DNA from: Nitrospirota bacterium
GTDB lineage: Bacteria; Nitrospirota; Thermodesulfovibrionia; Thermodesulfovibrionales; Dissulfurispiraceae
Direction: 5' to 3'
Length of the DNA stretch: 64,000 nucleotides
NCBI GenBank assembly: GCA_040754455.1
Contig: JBFMCP010000010.1
Span: 1-64,000, forward strand
A program made the translations under genes and the position numbers. Below are positions 40,501 to 50,275 of the stretch, piece by piece; the stretch's first letter is position 1; each line of letters opens with the position of its first letter. The notes below the pieces were generated by a model. It was given only the letters and a program-made list of their open reading frames with translations. It was not told the origin of the DNA and made no database searches.

Positions 40501-41334
40501 CCGCAGGCCATGGTACGACCGCGCAGCGCCTCTGAAGGAGCAGTGCCGGTATCCGAAGATGTCGTGATCGTCACCCGTGAAAAACAGGAGCAACAGCAAA
40601 AGAAAGAAGAGAAATGGAAAATCTACAGCAACGTGCGGATCATTCTCGGAAACGATGTCCAATTCAGAGGCTTCGGGCTGACCGGCAATGTGCGGGGCAG
40701 TGTGTTCGTCACCGATATGCCGGGGGAGCTGACCACTGCGCGCGGCGAATTATCGATCGTGAACGGCCGTTACAAGGCATACGGTCAGACGCTACAGATC
40801 GATCGCGGCCGACTTATCTATGTCGGCGGCCCTATAACAAATCCCGCAGTTGATATGCGGGCTGTCAGGAAGGTCGAGGATGTTACGAAAGATATTACGG
40901 TAGGGGTTAATGTGCAGGGGACTCTCAGGAACCCCCGTCTGACGCTGTTTTCGAATCCGTCAATGGAACAGACGCAGATCCTTTCCTATCTTATTCTCGG
41001 CCGTCCCCTCCAGAGCGCGACGGCCGAGCAGGGGAATCTCCTCTACGAGGCAGCGCAGTCACTCTCGTTGAGCGGCGGAGAGGCGCTTGCACAAAGCCTC
41101 GGCAGGAGCTTCGGCATAAGGGACGTGCGGGTACAGCGGGGGCGGACGCTCGAGGAGGCGTCCTTGGTGTTAGGCACCTATCTGTCGCCGCGTCTTTACG
41201 TCAGCTACGGCATCGGCCTTTTCGAGACCGTCGGCAACATCGTCATCCGCTATGATATCAGCAAACGGTTGCAACTGAGAGTGGAATCGGGAATAAAGAG
41301 CAGCGCCGATATTCTCTATAAGTTTGAGCGGTGA
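37543..41334 (+). CDS. tamB: Translocation and assembly module TamB
   Basis: N-terminal anchor, long beta-rich region, C-terminal DUF490 (GRYKAYGQ, LSYLILG, YLSPRLYVSYG); overlaps the tamA stop. Confidence 0.9.
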   Translation: MRRVFRWVSILLLLFLIAAAGITAFFVSTERGLQWLLPRVIPYIPGELSFRSVRGRLIGPLVFRGVRYHTDTTVITTNSLVFDWAPLFLFSGEFYISELKARGLVIKTLDGKESQKEGVELPQINVPPFPITVKDASFNDIMVQSGDTTPRIIDRIAFEMSTGLNVVLFRRLAVDAPEFRLAAKGKVRPSGDYAFSAGTQWSVSPKGYPTIKGSGSIKGSLKELALEQRLSAPTDAHIEATIAAPFTALQWKARLKVTRFNPQTINRQWPALLLSGDLQGAGDQSFFAVSGTYTAAHGSYGTASGRLMLSYNGRIWNLQHLSAALHDSTARAELSGTYTQLVSDRERGSLTLKGAWSNLTWPLQTKAPILTSSDGSFSVSGVPDDYSFSLSGHLAGKSIPEGRWSARGRGDTSSVKSAALQGSLLGGEVRAEGRVSWKPGIVWHMSMSCKGLDPGRLWPAWPGKLSVRGRISGDIHQTRQILVDLSEANGKLRGYPLSASLRLLMNNGNYRLARSRIVSGRAVIAASGTLSDRWDFRWSAAAPELNALVPGVKGSLNGSGTLRGPRKEPLITADLNGNNLRYKEYRAGRLMMEGTVDMADIRDSRVTMQVAGVSSGELRLARLAIEAKGKVRSHTIAATATTGKFSIPLFLRGGYAGRKWEGTLEKAHIRSEDYGIWSLERAGPLMVDAAAGTARAGQWCLSRSSSRLCLYGIWDGSRGSQGEITARMIPLAFLQPLLPRGVTVDGVFNGTAQAAYRDKALTGSMSIATPPGVISYPLTEKEIAKLSYTSLSLSAQLSKKALTARLDLPLTDGGFVAGSVLLPGFSPFAPSWRAQEMEGEISGQVKDVGIISAVLPSFERVSGRLAMNLALSGTIANPLVTGQAGIERGAATVPDLGIRLTDLRLQFSPEGDRKVRITGSATSGTGTIALRGEAALLPEQGWPLSLNITGKNFELLRRSEATIIASPDILLTMRDRKVEVSGELRIPQAMVRPRSASEGAVPVSEDVVIVTREKQEQQQKKEEKWKIYSNVRIILGNDVQFRGFGLTGNVRGSVFVTDMPGELTTARGELSIVNGRYKAYGQTLQIDRGRLIYVGGPITNPAVDMRAVRKVEDVTKDITVGVNVQGTLRNPRLTLFSNPSMEQTQILSYLILGRPLQSATAEQGNLLYEAAQSLSLSGGEALAQSLGRSFGIRDVRVQRGRTLEEASLVLGTYLSPRLYVSYGIGLFETVGNIVIRYDISKRLQLRVESGIKSSADILYKFER

Positions 41335-41690
41335 AGGGGAAAAGAGTTGCCTTACAGGTATCTGCGCCCTGCCCGTACAACTGCCGTTTTTTACCCTACA
41401 TACTATTCCAATAGGGAGTAATGGACTGTTCGTCAAGCAAAAGAGAGTGTACTATTGAAGCATCCTTGATGATCTTTAAATATTTGCATATTTAAACCAA
41501 GTTTCATTATGGATGTTTCCAATGAACGGGGGATGAGTGTTGACATGCTGCAGACAGTATGATAAGTCTTGAATAAGATGGCGGGATCAAGAGACTTCCT
41601 CCTCAGAAGAGCTCACCACACAGTACTCCCCACATGCATGCTGTGCCTCTTGATTTCATTCGTATCCAACCGAAAAGGAGGTGAGATACC

Positions 41691-42077
41691 ATGAGAATGG
41701 CGAAAGGATTCGTATTAGTTATTTTGTGTGTCAGTTTTACGATGCAGGGATGTGCGGCCATGCGAGGGGGACAGGAGTATGGAGAGGCCGGATCGACGTT
41801 TTCAAACGGGGCACTTATTACGGATTACAAGGCTGATGTCCTTAAAACCGTCGATGCCTCCCGGGCAGCGTTGAGAGATTTCAATATGACGATTACCAGC
41901 GCGCAAAAAGATGCAACCGGAGGAGTAATCACCGCGAGGATGTCTGATGGGACGGATGTCGCTATTTCCTTGAGGGCCAAAGACTCCGATGTTACTACAG
42001 CCAGCATTAGAGCTGGAACAGGAGGAGATGAAGAACTCTCCAGAGCGATCAGCCGGAGGATCGAGGCGCATCTGTAG
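41691..42077 (+). CDS. DUF3568-like lipoprotein
   Basis: RBS AGGAGG, lipobox MQGC, 'ASRAALRDFNMTIT...IRAGTGGDEELSRAI'. Confidence 0.65.
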   Translation: MRMAKGFVLVILCVSFTMQGCAAMRGGQEYGEAGSTFSNGALITDYKADVLKTVDASRAALRDFNMTITSAQKDATGGVITARMSDGTDVAISLRAKDSDVTTASIRAGTGGDEELSRAISRRIEAHL

Positions 42078-42172
42078 ACCATGAGCGCAGTGCTTTTGAT
42101 GACACTATACCACAGAGGCGACACGGCGTTGATGTCGTGTCGCTTCCAATAGGCACATAAGGAGGTACCATC

Positions 42173-42553
42173 ATGAGAAGCGTACAAGGAAGTGCGTGTG
42201 CACTTTTATTAGCAGGGCTGCTCGTCGTAGGGTGCGCGTCGGCACCGGCCACCAAATCCGCCGCCTATACGCAGGGAGAACTGCATGCGGTGTATCCGAA
42301 TACCATGTTCAGGACGTTCGAGGCTTCCCGTGCTGCACTGCAGGATCTCGATATGACCATTACTAACTCGCAGCGGGATACAAACAGAGGGGTCATTGAT
42401 GCAGTGAGGAAAGATGGAACGAGAGTCCATCTGACTTTCCAGGCCCAGAGGCCGGATGTGACTGAGACAGCCATTAAAGTCGGAACCTTTGGCTCTGAAG
42501 ACATCTCCAGAGATATAAGCCGACGAATAGAGCGGAATCTGGAAAGAGGATAA
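42173..42553 (+). CDS. DUF3568-like lipoprotein (paralog of 41691-42077)
   Basis: Lipobox VVGC, 'YTQGEL', 'ASRAALQDLDMTIT...IKVGTFGSEDISRDI'. Confidence 0.68.
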   Translation: MRSVQGSACALLLAGLLVVGCASAPATKSAAYTQGELHAVYPNTMFRTFEASRAALQDLDMTITNSQRDTNRGVIDAVRKDGTRVHLTFQAQRPDVTETAIKVGTFGSEDISRDISRRIERNLERG

Positions 42554-42595
42554 AGCAGAGCGTTTATGCCTCATTGCCGGTGGAGGAATTGGGCT

Positions 42596-43570
42596 ATGAA
42601 AATAGGGTTTCATGCCTCCCATGAGCAGTTCAAACCGAGCCGGTTGCTTGAATTAGCAAAAATGGCGGAGGATGCCGGGTTCCATGCCGCCATGTGTTCC
42701 GACCACTTTCATCCATGGAGCCCCCGCCAGGGAGAAAGCGGGTACGCATGGTCATGGCTGGGGGCGGCGCTGCTGGCGACCTCTCTTCCTTTCGGGATCG
42801 TCTGTGCACCGGGCCAGAGATATCATCCTGCGATCATAGCACAGGCAGCCGCAACGCTTGCCGAGATGTTTCCCGATCGCTTGTGGGTTGCCGTGGGGAG
42901 CGGCCAATTGCTCAACGAGGCGATTACCGGAGAGCGTTGGCCCCCGAAAGCGGAGCGGAACGAACGGCTGCTTGAGTGCGCCGAGATCATGCGCTCGTTA
43001 TGGGCAGGGGAAACGGTGACGCACCACGGCCTTGTCGTGGTCGAGGAAGCGAAGATATACACCCGTCCGTTGCGAGCGCCGCTCCTTATCGGTGCTGCCA
43101 TTACTCCCGAGACCGCAGAGTGGATCGGCGGGTGGGCGGACGGCCTGATCACCATATCCGGACCTCAGACGGAGATGAAGGCAGTGGTGGAGGCCTTCCG
43201 CAGTGGCGGCGGTGAGGGGAAGCCGATGTTCCTCCAGATGCAGATTTCATACGCTCCTATGGAAGAGGAGGCGCTGCAGGGTGCCTGGGATCAATGGCGG
43301 AGTACTATTCTCAAGAGCTCGGTCCTCAGCGATCTCCGTTCTCCTGAAAGTATCGACAGTGCAGCCGCATTTGTTACTCCTGAAGACATGCGCGGCCCGG
43401 TGCAGATATCCGCCGACAGCAACCGGTTCATAGAGTGGCTGCAGGAATTCTCTGCGATGGGCTTCGAGAATATTTATGTTCATAATGTAAACCTCGATCA
43501 GAAACGTTTTATCGAGGAGTTCGGGGAGCATGTGCTCCCCGTCTTTTCCGGAGCAGGCACGACGGTATAA
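42596..43570 (+). CDS. LLM-class flavin-dependent oxidoreductase (TIGR03885-like)
   Basis: MKIGFHASHEQF, SDHFHPW, AWSWLGA, APGQRYHPA; RBS GGAGG. Confidence 0.85.
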   Translation: MKIGFHASHEQFKPSRLLELAKMAEDAGFHAAMCSDHFHPWSPRQGESGYAWSWLGAALLATSLPFGIVCAPGQRYHPAIIAQAAATLAEMFPDRLWVAVGSGQLLNEAITGERWPPKAERNERLLECAEIMRSLWAGETVTHHGLVVVEEAKIYTRPLRAPLLIGAAITPETAEWIGGWADGLITISGPQTEMKAVVEAFRSGGGEGKPMFLQMQISYAPMEEEALQGAWDQWRSTILKSSVLSDLRSPESIDSAAAFVTPEDMRGPVQISADSNRFIEWLQEFSAMGFENIYVHNVNLDQKRFIEEFGEHVLPVFSGAGTTV

Positions 43571-43632
43571 GGCGGTTTCCCGCATTGATAAACCATCGCC
43601 TGCCACAGTCGTGTCCTGCCAGGAGCTATTGA

Positions 43633-45073
43633 ATGGCCAATGCACAGTACTACAAGCCCATTTCAGATTATGCGACGATAGGCAATTTGCGCACCGTCGC
43701 GCTCATAGCCCGCGACGGATCGATCGACTGGTGCTGTTTCACCCATCTTGGCAGCCCGAGTGTCTTTGCTGCCCTCCTTGACGTCAGACGGGGGGGGGAC
43801 GCTTCAGGATATCGGCCATCGGAGCACGCAGGGGAGAACAGCGCTATATCGAAGATACCAATGTCCTTGAGACCATTTTCCTGACCGCAACAGGGGCGCT
43901 CACGGTGACGGATGTGGTGCCGCTTTCAGGGAATATCATGGTGAGCGGCGGATCGTCTGCACCGCATGAGATACATCGCATTCTCCATTGCGAGGGTGCG
44001 GAGACTGAGATCGAAGTGGAGTGGTCCCCCCGTTTCGATTACGCCCGTGAGCATACCCGCATAGGGCAGCATGGACGGGGGTGGCTGGCCTCCGGAGGGA
44101 AAGCTAAGATGTCTTTATGCGGCGTGGGCAACGCCGATGTCGTGGATGAAGGCTTTGGTCCTGTGCTCAGGGCGCGGTTCAGAATGAAGGCCGGAGAATA
44201 CCGCTTTGAGGGATACCGTGGCTCTCGTCCGGTCCGCATCGGAAACGGCGCAGCGGAACAGCTGCAGCTCGGGGTCTACGGCGAGGTCATGAACACGGCA
44301 TACGAGCTGGCGCGACGGGGCAAGCATACATCGGAGCCGAACATCATAGAATTTCTCCGCAATGCCGCTGATCATATCTGCGCGGTATGGCCTGAGCCTG
44401 ATCAGGGGATATGGGAGATGCGGGGTGAGCCGCGCCATTTTACGTATTCGAAAGTTATGGCATGGGTAGCGCTCGATCGGGCAGTCCATCTCTCTGAAGA
44501 GTACGGACTGCCTGGTAACGTAGGGAGGTGGAGCAACGCAAGGGACCGTATCCGTGAACAGGTCCTTGCACATGGCTACAATAAGGAAGTCGGTGCATTC
44601 GTCCAGTCGTTCGGCTCCCTCGACCTGGATGCGGCAAACCCGCGGATACCCCTGCTTGAGTTTCTGCCCATTGATGATCCACGGGTGCAGGGCACTATCG
44701 ACCGTACGCTGGAGCATCTCACCGACAACGGACTCGTCTGCCGTTATCGCAATGACGACGGATTGCCCGGGACTGAGGGCGCCTTCGGTCTCTGCACCTT
44801 CTGGCTCGTTGATGTGCTTGCGCTTTCAGGGAGGCTTGAGGAGGCACGAGGGATATTTGAAAATGCGATACGGCATGCAAATCATGCAGGACTTTTCCGG
44901 AGCAGTTCGATACTGACACCGGGGAGTTCCTCGGAAACTTTCCGCAGGCATTCACGCACATCGGGCTTATCAACAGCGTCCTTTACCTGGCCTACGCCGA
45001 AGGTAGGGATATCCCCGAGCATGCGCCGGTCGGTACGCCGGCTCACCGGAAGCTCATCGGCAGAAGCTGGTAG
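43633..45073 (+). pseudogene. Glycoside hydrolase family 15 (trehalase/glucoamylase-like) pseudogene
   Basis: [15 protein letters not shown]; frameshift in a G9 run at 43790-43798; internal deletion near 44200 (WDYRY region absent); second frameshift near 44895 before GNFPQAFTHIG. Confidence 0.85.
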
Positions 45074-45124
45074 CAAAAAGCTACCGGGATTTGTCTTGAC
45101 CTATATTCCCCCCGGAGGAGCTCT

Positions 45125-46336
45125 ATGCAGCATGAATGGAGAAACTGGTCCGGCAGTTTCAGGTTCACCCCCGCGAGTACCGAGGCGCCCGCCGGCGAGG
45201 AAGAGCTTTCGAAGATCGTACAGCGCGCGGCGGCCGAGGGGCGCACGGTGCGAGTGGTGGGTGCAGGACACTCATCCTCTCCGCTCGTGCAGACCGAGGA
45301 TATTCTCATCTCAATGGAAAGGCTCAAGGGAGTGGAGTCTCACGATACCAGTGTCCGTGAAGTCACGATAAAGTCCGGAATGATGCTCAGGGAGGCGAAC
45401 CGGGCCTTTCTCGATCTCGGCCTGGCGTTGGAGAACCTGGGCGATGTAGACCTGCAGTCTCTCGGCGGCGCCATAGGCACGGGCACTCACGGCACGGGGA
45501 AGCGGCTTCATATCCTCTCACATCATCTCATCGGCGGGCGTCTGATCAACGGCAGGGGCGAGCTTATCGAGTTCTCCATGGAAAGAGATCCTGATTTTGT
45601 GCTCGCCGCACGGGTCGTTCTCGGGACACTCGGGATCTTCACCGCGCTCAAGCTCCGCCTCGTCCCCGTGTTCCACCTTCATCGGAAAGAGTGGTGCACT
45701 CATATCGAAGATTGCATGGCCAACCTCGACCGGCTGATCGAGGAAAACAGGAATTTCGATTTCTACTGGTATCCGCGGAGTGATGAGGCCAAGCTCAGGA
45801 CGCTTAACTTCGAGGAAGAGGAGCAGAGAGCGATCCCCTACGCTCGATGCGTTAAGGAAATGTCCGGGTGGAGCGGTGAGGTCATCCCCCGACAGCGCGA
45901 GCTCAGGTTCGACGAGATTGAGTTTTTCTTTCCTGCCGAGTCAGCCCCCGCTTGTTTCAGGGAAGTGCGAAAGCGGGTGAAGCAGCGGCATCGAAAGAAT
46001 GTCGGCTGGCGGGTGCTCTACCGCACGATTGCTGCCGATGATGCGTACTTGAGCGGCGCCCATGGCTGTGATTCGGCCACGATCTCCCTGCACCAGAACA
46101 CTATGCTTCCTTATGAGGAATACTTCAAGGATATAGAGTCTATTTTCCGCGCTTATGGAGGACGACCTCACTGGGGAAAGAAGCATTATCTGAAAGCCGA
46201 GGACCTGAAGCCGCTCTACCCCCTGTGGGACCGCTTCCTTGAGTTCCGGCAACAAATGGATCCTGAGGGAGTGTTCCTGAATCCCTATTTGGGCGAGATC
46301 CTCGGGTGCGAGCGAGCGGCATCGCTGCGTGCCTGA
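45125..46336 (+). CDS. FAD-linked aldonolactone oxidase family protein (ALO/GULO-like)
   Basis: WRNWSG, VGAGHSSS (covalent-FAD His), GGAIGTGTHG, GGRPHWGK, DPEGVFLN. Confidence 0.88.
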   Translation: MQHEWRNWSGSFRFTPASTEAPAGEEELSKIVQRAAAEGRTVRVVGAGHSSSPLVQTEDILISMERLKGVESHDTSVREVTIKSGMMLREANRAFLDLGLALENLGDVDLQSLGGAIGTGTHGTGKRLHILSHHLIGGRLINGRGELIEFSMERDPDFVLAARVVLGTLGIFTALKLRLVPVFHLHRKEWCTHIEDCMANLDRLIEENRNFDFYWYPRSDEAKLRTLNFEEEEQRAIPYARCVKEMSGWSGEVIPRQRELRFDEIEFFFPAESAPACFREVRKRVKQRHRKNVGWRVLYRTIAADDAYLSGAHGCDSATISLHQNTMLPYEEYFKDIESIFRAYGGRPHWGKKHYLKAEDLKPLYPLWDRFLEFRQQMDPEGVFLNPYLGEILGCERAASLRA

Positions 46337-46352
46337 AGCGGGGAGGCGAAGT

Positions 46353-46727
46353 ATGAAGACCATAGGCAGGACGACCTGGGCCATACCGGGAGGGCATATC
46401 CCCCTGCGCAGCACCGGACCGGAGCCGGACTTCACCATCAATGACGAGCTCTGCATCCTGAATGCAGGCCGTCAGGACGCGAAGGTTGAGATCACCGTAT
46501 TCTATGCAGACCGCGACCCTGTCGGGCCGTACCGTCTCACCGTACCGGCCAGACGGACGAGGCACGTGCGATTCAATGACCTAATCGATCCCGAGGCCAT
46601 GCCGCTCGACACCGGCGATGCCTGCATCGTCGATGCGGATGTTCCTATCGTCGTCCAGTTCAACCGTCGCGATACGAGTCAGGCCGAAAATGCCCTTCTG
46701 GGTGTCATAGCCTTTCCGGTCGACTGA
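46353..46727 (+). CDS. ASRT (Anabaena sensory rhodopsin transducer) family protein
   Basis: IGRTTWAIPGGHIP, LCILN, VPARRTRHVRFNDL, VPIVVQ..R.DTSQAE. Confidence 0.85.
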   Translation: MKTIGRTTWAIPGGHIPLRSTGPEPDFTINDELCILNAGRQDAKVEITVFYADRDPVGPYRLTVPARRTRHVRFNDLIDPEAMPLDTGDACIVDADVPIVVQFNRRDTSQAENALLGVIAFPVD

Positions 46728-46755
46728 TCTCCGGGAGACAAGGAACCCCCCTGTT

Positions 46756-48164
46756 ATGAGCAGCAATACTCCCAAAGAGGACAGGCGAGAACAGCGTCGG
46801 GACAACGTTGCAGTTGCGCCCGCGGGACGAAAGCGTCTCAACTGGTACGGCCCGGGCCTCCTCTGGATGGTCTCGTCGGTAGGTTCAGGCTCGGTCCTCT
46901 TCACTCCCCGCGTCGGCTCGCGCTACGGATATGAACTCCTCTGGGCTGTGCTCCTCGTGGCATTTCTGACTTGGGTAATAATACGTGAGATAGGACGCTA
47001 CACGGTGGTCTCCGGCAGGACAATCCTCGACGGCTACTATAGTATCCCCGGACCGAGAAGGTGGGCAGTGTGGCTTATATTTCTCCCGGGGCTCGCGAGC
47101 GGAATAGTAGTCGTGGCCGGCATCGCCGCACTGATAGGAAGCGCCCTTGGAATCATACTCCCGGGCAGACAAGCCTTCTTTTCCGTCAGCATCATTCTCG
47201 TCTCGGCAGTGCTGGTGATCAGCGGCAGGTATAATTTCCCGAAAAGGTGACCACTATCATGGCAGCGGTGCTTATTCTCTCGACCTTCGCTACAGCGCTA
47301 GCGGTCTTCCCGGGGTGGAGTCCCTACGTGCGCGGCCTGGTCCCGGTTCTGCCCGCAGGCTTTGATGCCTACTTCGTGCTCCCCTGGATCGGCTTTCTCT
47401 TGGCAGGGGCTGCAGGCATGATGTGGTACTCATATTGGGTAGCTGCCCGCAGTTATGGAGGGCCGGTATTCGAAGAGGAAAAACCTGAAGAGGAGAAGCT
47501 GACAGTGGAAAGCGGCTTTGAGGCTGACAAGCGCTCATGGCTCCATTCCTGGCTGACGATTATGGGAACCGCAGCGGCTGTCGGTGCAGTCGGGGCAACG
47601 CTTGTCAATCTCTCTTTTCTCACTCTTGGTGCCGAACTGCTCGGACCGTTGCGGATTATACCGGAGGGCATGCGTGTAGCCGAGGATATCGCCCGGATGC
47701 TGTCCGATGTCTGGGGCCCGCTCGGAGCATGGATTCTTATCGTCGGCATATTCGTAGCACTGTGGGGTTCGATACTGGCAAACCAGGATGGCTGGGGACG
47801 CATGTATGCCGATGCAACGCTCATGCTCTTCTCCACGAAAAGGGGAGGAGAGAGCAAGACAATCCGGCAGGCGGGCATGCGTCTTCACCTCAAGAATGCG
47901 TACATCACCTTGGTATTGACTGCGGTTCCCGTCATCGTTTTTCTCATGCTTCGCGATCCGGTCGGCATTCTCTCCATAGGCGGCATCATCTCCGCCGCAC
48001 ATCTTCCCTTTGTGGTGGCGCTCACGCTCTATCTGAACCTCCGCAGGCTGCCCCGCGAGTTCGGGCCGGGGCCGCTCTGGACCGCAGCTGCAATGGCTGC
48101 CATTTTCTTTTATGCATTCTTCTCCGGATTCTACTTCTATAGCCTTCTGTTCCGGCATCGTTAA
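46756..48164 (+). pseudogene. NRAMP/MntH-like divalent metal transporter, frameshifted
   Basis: GPGLLW...VGSG...GSRYGYELLWA; frameshift near 47240 (GRYNF / EKVTT) splits it into 46756-47250 and 47247-48164. Confidence 0.75.
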
Positions 48165-48551
48165 CATCATGCCACGATATGATCGGAAAAGTTATAAGCC
48201 GCGCATCTTCCATGGAATACCCGGTGAGACTGACGCGAGGTCGAGCTTGCTTGTGAGCAGGATGCCTGATATCCTTTGTTTAAAGGCAGGAGCGAGGCAC
48301 TGTGCATCTACATCCGAATTCAACCACTGCTTTCTCCCCGGGCATCTCTTAAAGAGCGATAAATGCAGCGGCTGCTCTAGCGCACAGACCGTATCAACCA
48401 CATCCCTGTGAAAGCAGCATATCACTCGCGGACCGGTACTGGAACGTGCCGTTTCCACCCATTTCATCTTGCGAAGCGGTACAACGGGGTTGGTGTTCCG
48501 TGCTGCCGACGAGGCGTTAACGCAGGTAATGCTCTAATAAGAGGAGGACCT

Positions 48552-49850
48552 ATGAAAGAGAAGAAAAGGAAGAAAGGGGACGGGACCATCAACGAACAGA
48601 GCAAGAACAAGGACCCGGAACAGTTCCGGAAGGAATCCGAAGGCGAGTATCTTACTACCAATCAGGGGGTGAGAGTCAGCCATACCGATGACTCCCTGAA
48701 ATCAGGAGGCAGGGGACCGACCCTGATGGAAGACTTCCATTTCCGTGAGAAACTCACCCATTTCGACCACGAGCCGATACCCGAGCGGGTCGTTCACGCC
48801 CGCGGCTCTGGCGCCCACGGCTACTTCCAGGTCTATGAGTCCATGGAGGAGTACACCATGGCACGGTTCCTCCACGACCCCTCGAAGAAGACGCCGGTCT
48901 TCGTCAGGTTCTCGCAGGTGGTCGGCAACAAAGGCTCCGCCGACACGGTACGGGATGTTAGGGGGTTCGCTACCAAATTCTATACCGAGGACGGCAACTA
49001 CGATCTTGTCGGCAACGATATTCCCATCTTCTTCATCCAGGATGCCATCAAGTTCCCTGATCTCGTTCACGCTATCAAGCCCGAGCCGCACAACCATATG
49101 CCGCAGGCCTCCGCGGCCCACGACAACTTCTGGGATTTTATTTCTCTCATGCCCGAGTCGATCCACATGATCATGTGGCTCCTCTCCGATAGAGGCATCC
49201 CCCGGAGCTACCGCATGATGGAAGGCTTCGGGGTCAACACCTTCCGCTTTGTGAATAAAGAGGGCAAGGCCCGCTTCGTGAAGTTCCACTGGAAGCCGAA
49301 ACTCGGCATGCACTCCCTGGTCTGGGACGAGGCCCAGAAGATAGCCGGCAAGGACCCGGACTTCCTGCGCCGCGACCTCTGGGAGGCGATCGAGATGGGT
49401 GACTACCCCGAGTATCAGTTCGGCGTACAGATGATCGAGGAGCAGGACGAGTTCAAGTTCGATTTCGATGTCCTCGACCTTACAAAGATATGGCCTGAGG
49501 AGGACGTGCCGGTAAGGATTATCGGCAGGATGGTTCTCGACAGGAACCCCGATAACTTTTTCGCAGAAACCGAACAGGCCGCCTTTCACCCCGGCAACGT
49601 CGTGCCGGGCATCGATGTCTCCAACGACCCGCTCCTGCAGGGCAGGCTCTTTTCTTATCTCGACACGCAGCTCATCCGGCTGGGCGGCCCGAACTTCCAT
49701 GAGCTTCCCATCAACCGTCCGCTCGCGGAGGTGCACAACAACCAGCGCGACGCCTACCACCGGCAGACGATCAATAAAGGCAGGGTCGACTACTTCCCGA
49801 ACTCGCTCGGCGGCATTCAACGTCCCTCTTGCCGAAAACCTGACCGTTGA
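48552..49850 (+). pseudogene. katE: Large-subunit catalase (HPII-type), 3'-truncated
   Basis: [39 protein letters not shown]; homology ends at YFPNSLGG (about 49814) and the C-terminal domains are missing. Confidence 0.85.
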
Positions 49851-49974
49851 GCTGAGACTCGCCTACAGCTTTCCGTTAAGCGGCGATGCGAAGCGGGCAA
49901 TAAGGGAGGTAAACGTCGAGAATGAAAGCCCCTATGTCGTTTACGGCGGCGCTGCACTGACATTCTCCTTTTAA
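49813..49974 (+). pseudogene. C-terminal fragment of a probable outer-membrane beta-barrel protein
   Basis: [23 protein letters not shown]...VYGGAALTFSF* has alternating beta strands and a terminal Phe; abuts the catalase breakpoint. Confidence 0.5.
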
Positions 49975-50275
49975 GTCGAACGGAAAAACCGCAAACTGAG
50001 GGGTGCCTTCTCCTTCTCAGATACGTAAGTGCAGGGCATCCTGACGTGGAACGTTCGATTGAATGAACATATCCCTTGTCGCCTCTTTGGGATGGGACCC
50101 CTGAGGTACAAAGACTTTTGGGGGGTGAATGGTGGGAGGCAAGTAGGGACTGTATGGATGAAAGTCACTGTGTTTAAAAGAGGGGGCGGAGCGCTGTGGA
50201 AATTATTGGTGTGCCGGGAGTGCCATCATTACCCTTCACTTCCGCATGGCAACAGCATGATACCCGGAACACACT

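Noticed and set aside
42596..43570. F420-dependent glucose-6-phosphate dehydrogenase
   Set aside because: Motifs fit the non-F420 TIGR03885-like branch better, and no F420 genes are in the window; the cofactor is not determinable here.
43790..43798. G9 tract as a phase-variation switch
   Set aside because: The gene has a further deletion and frameshift, so slippage could not restore function.
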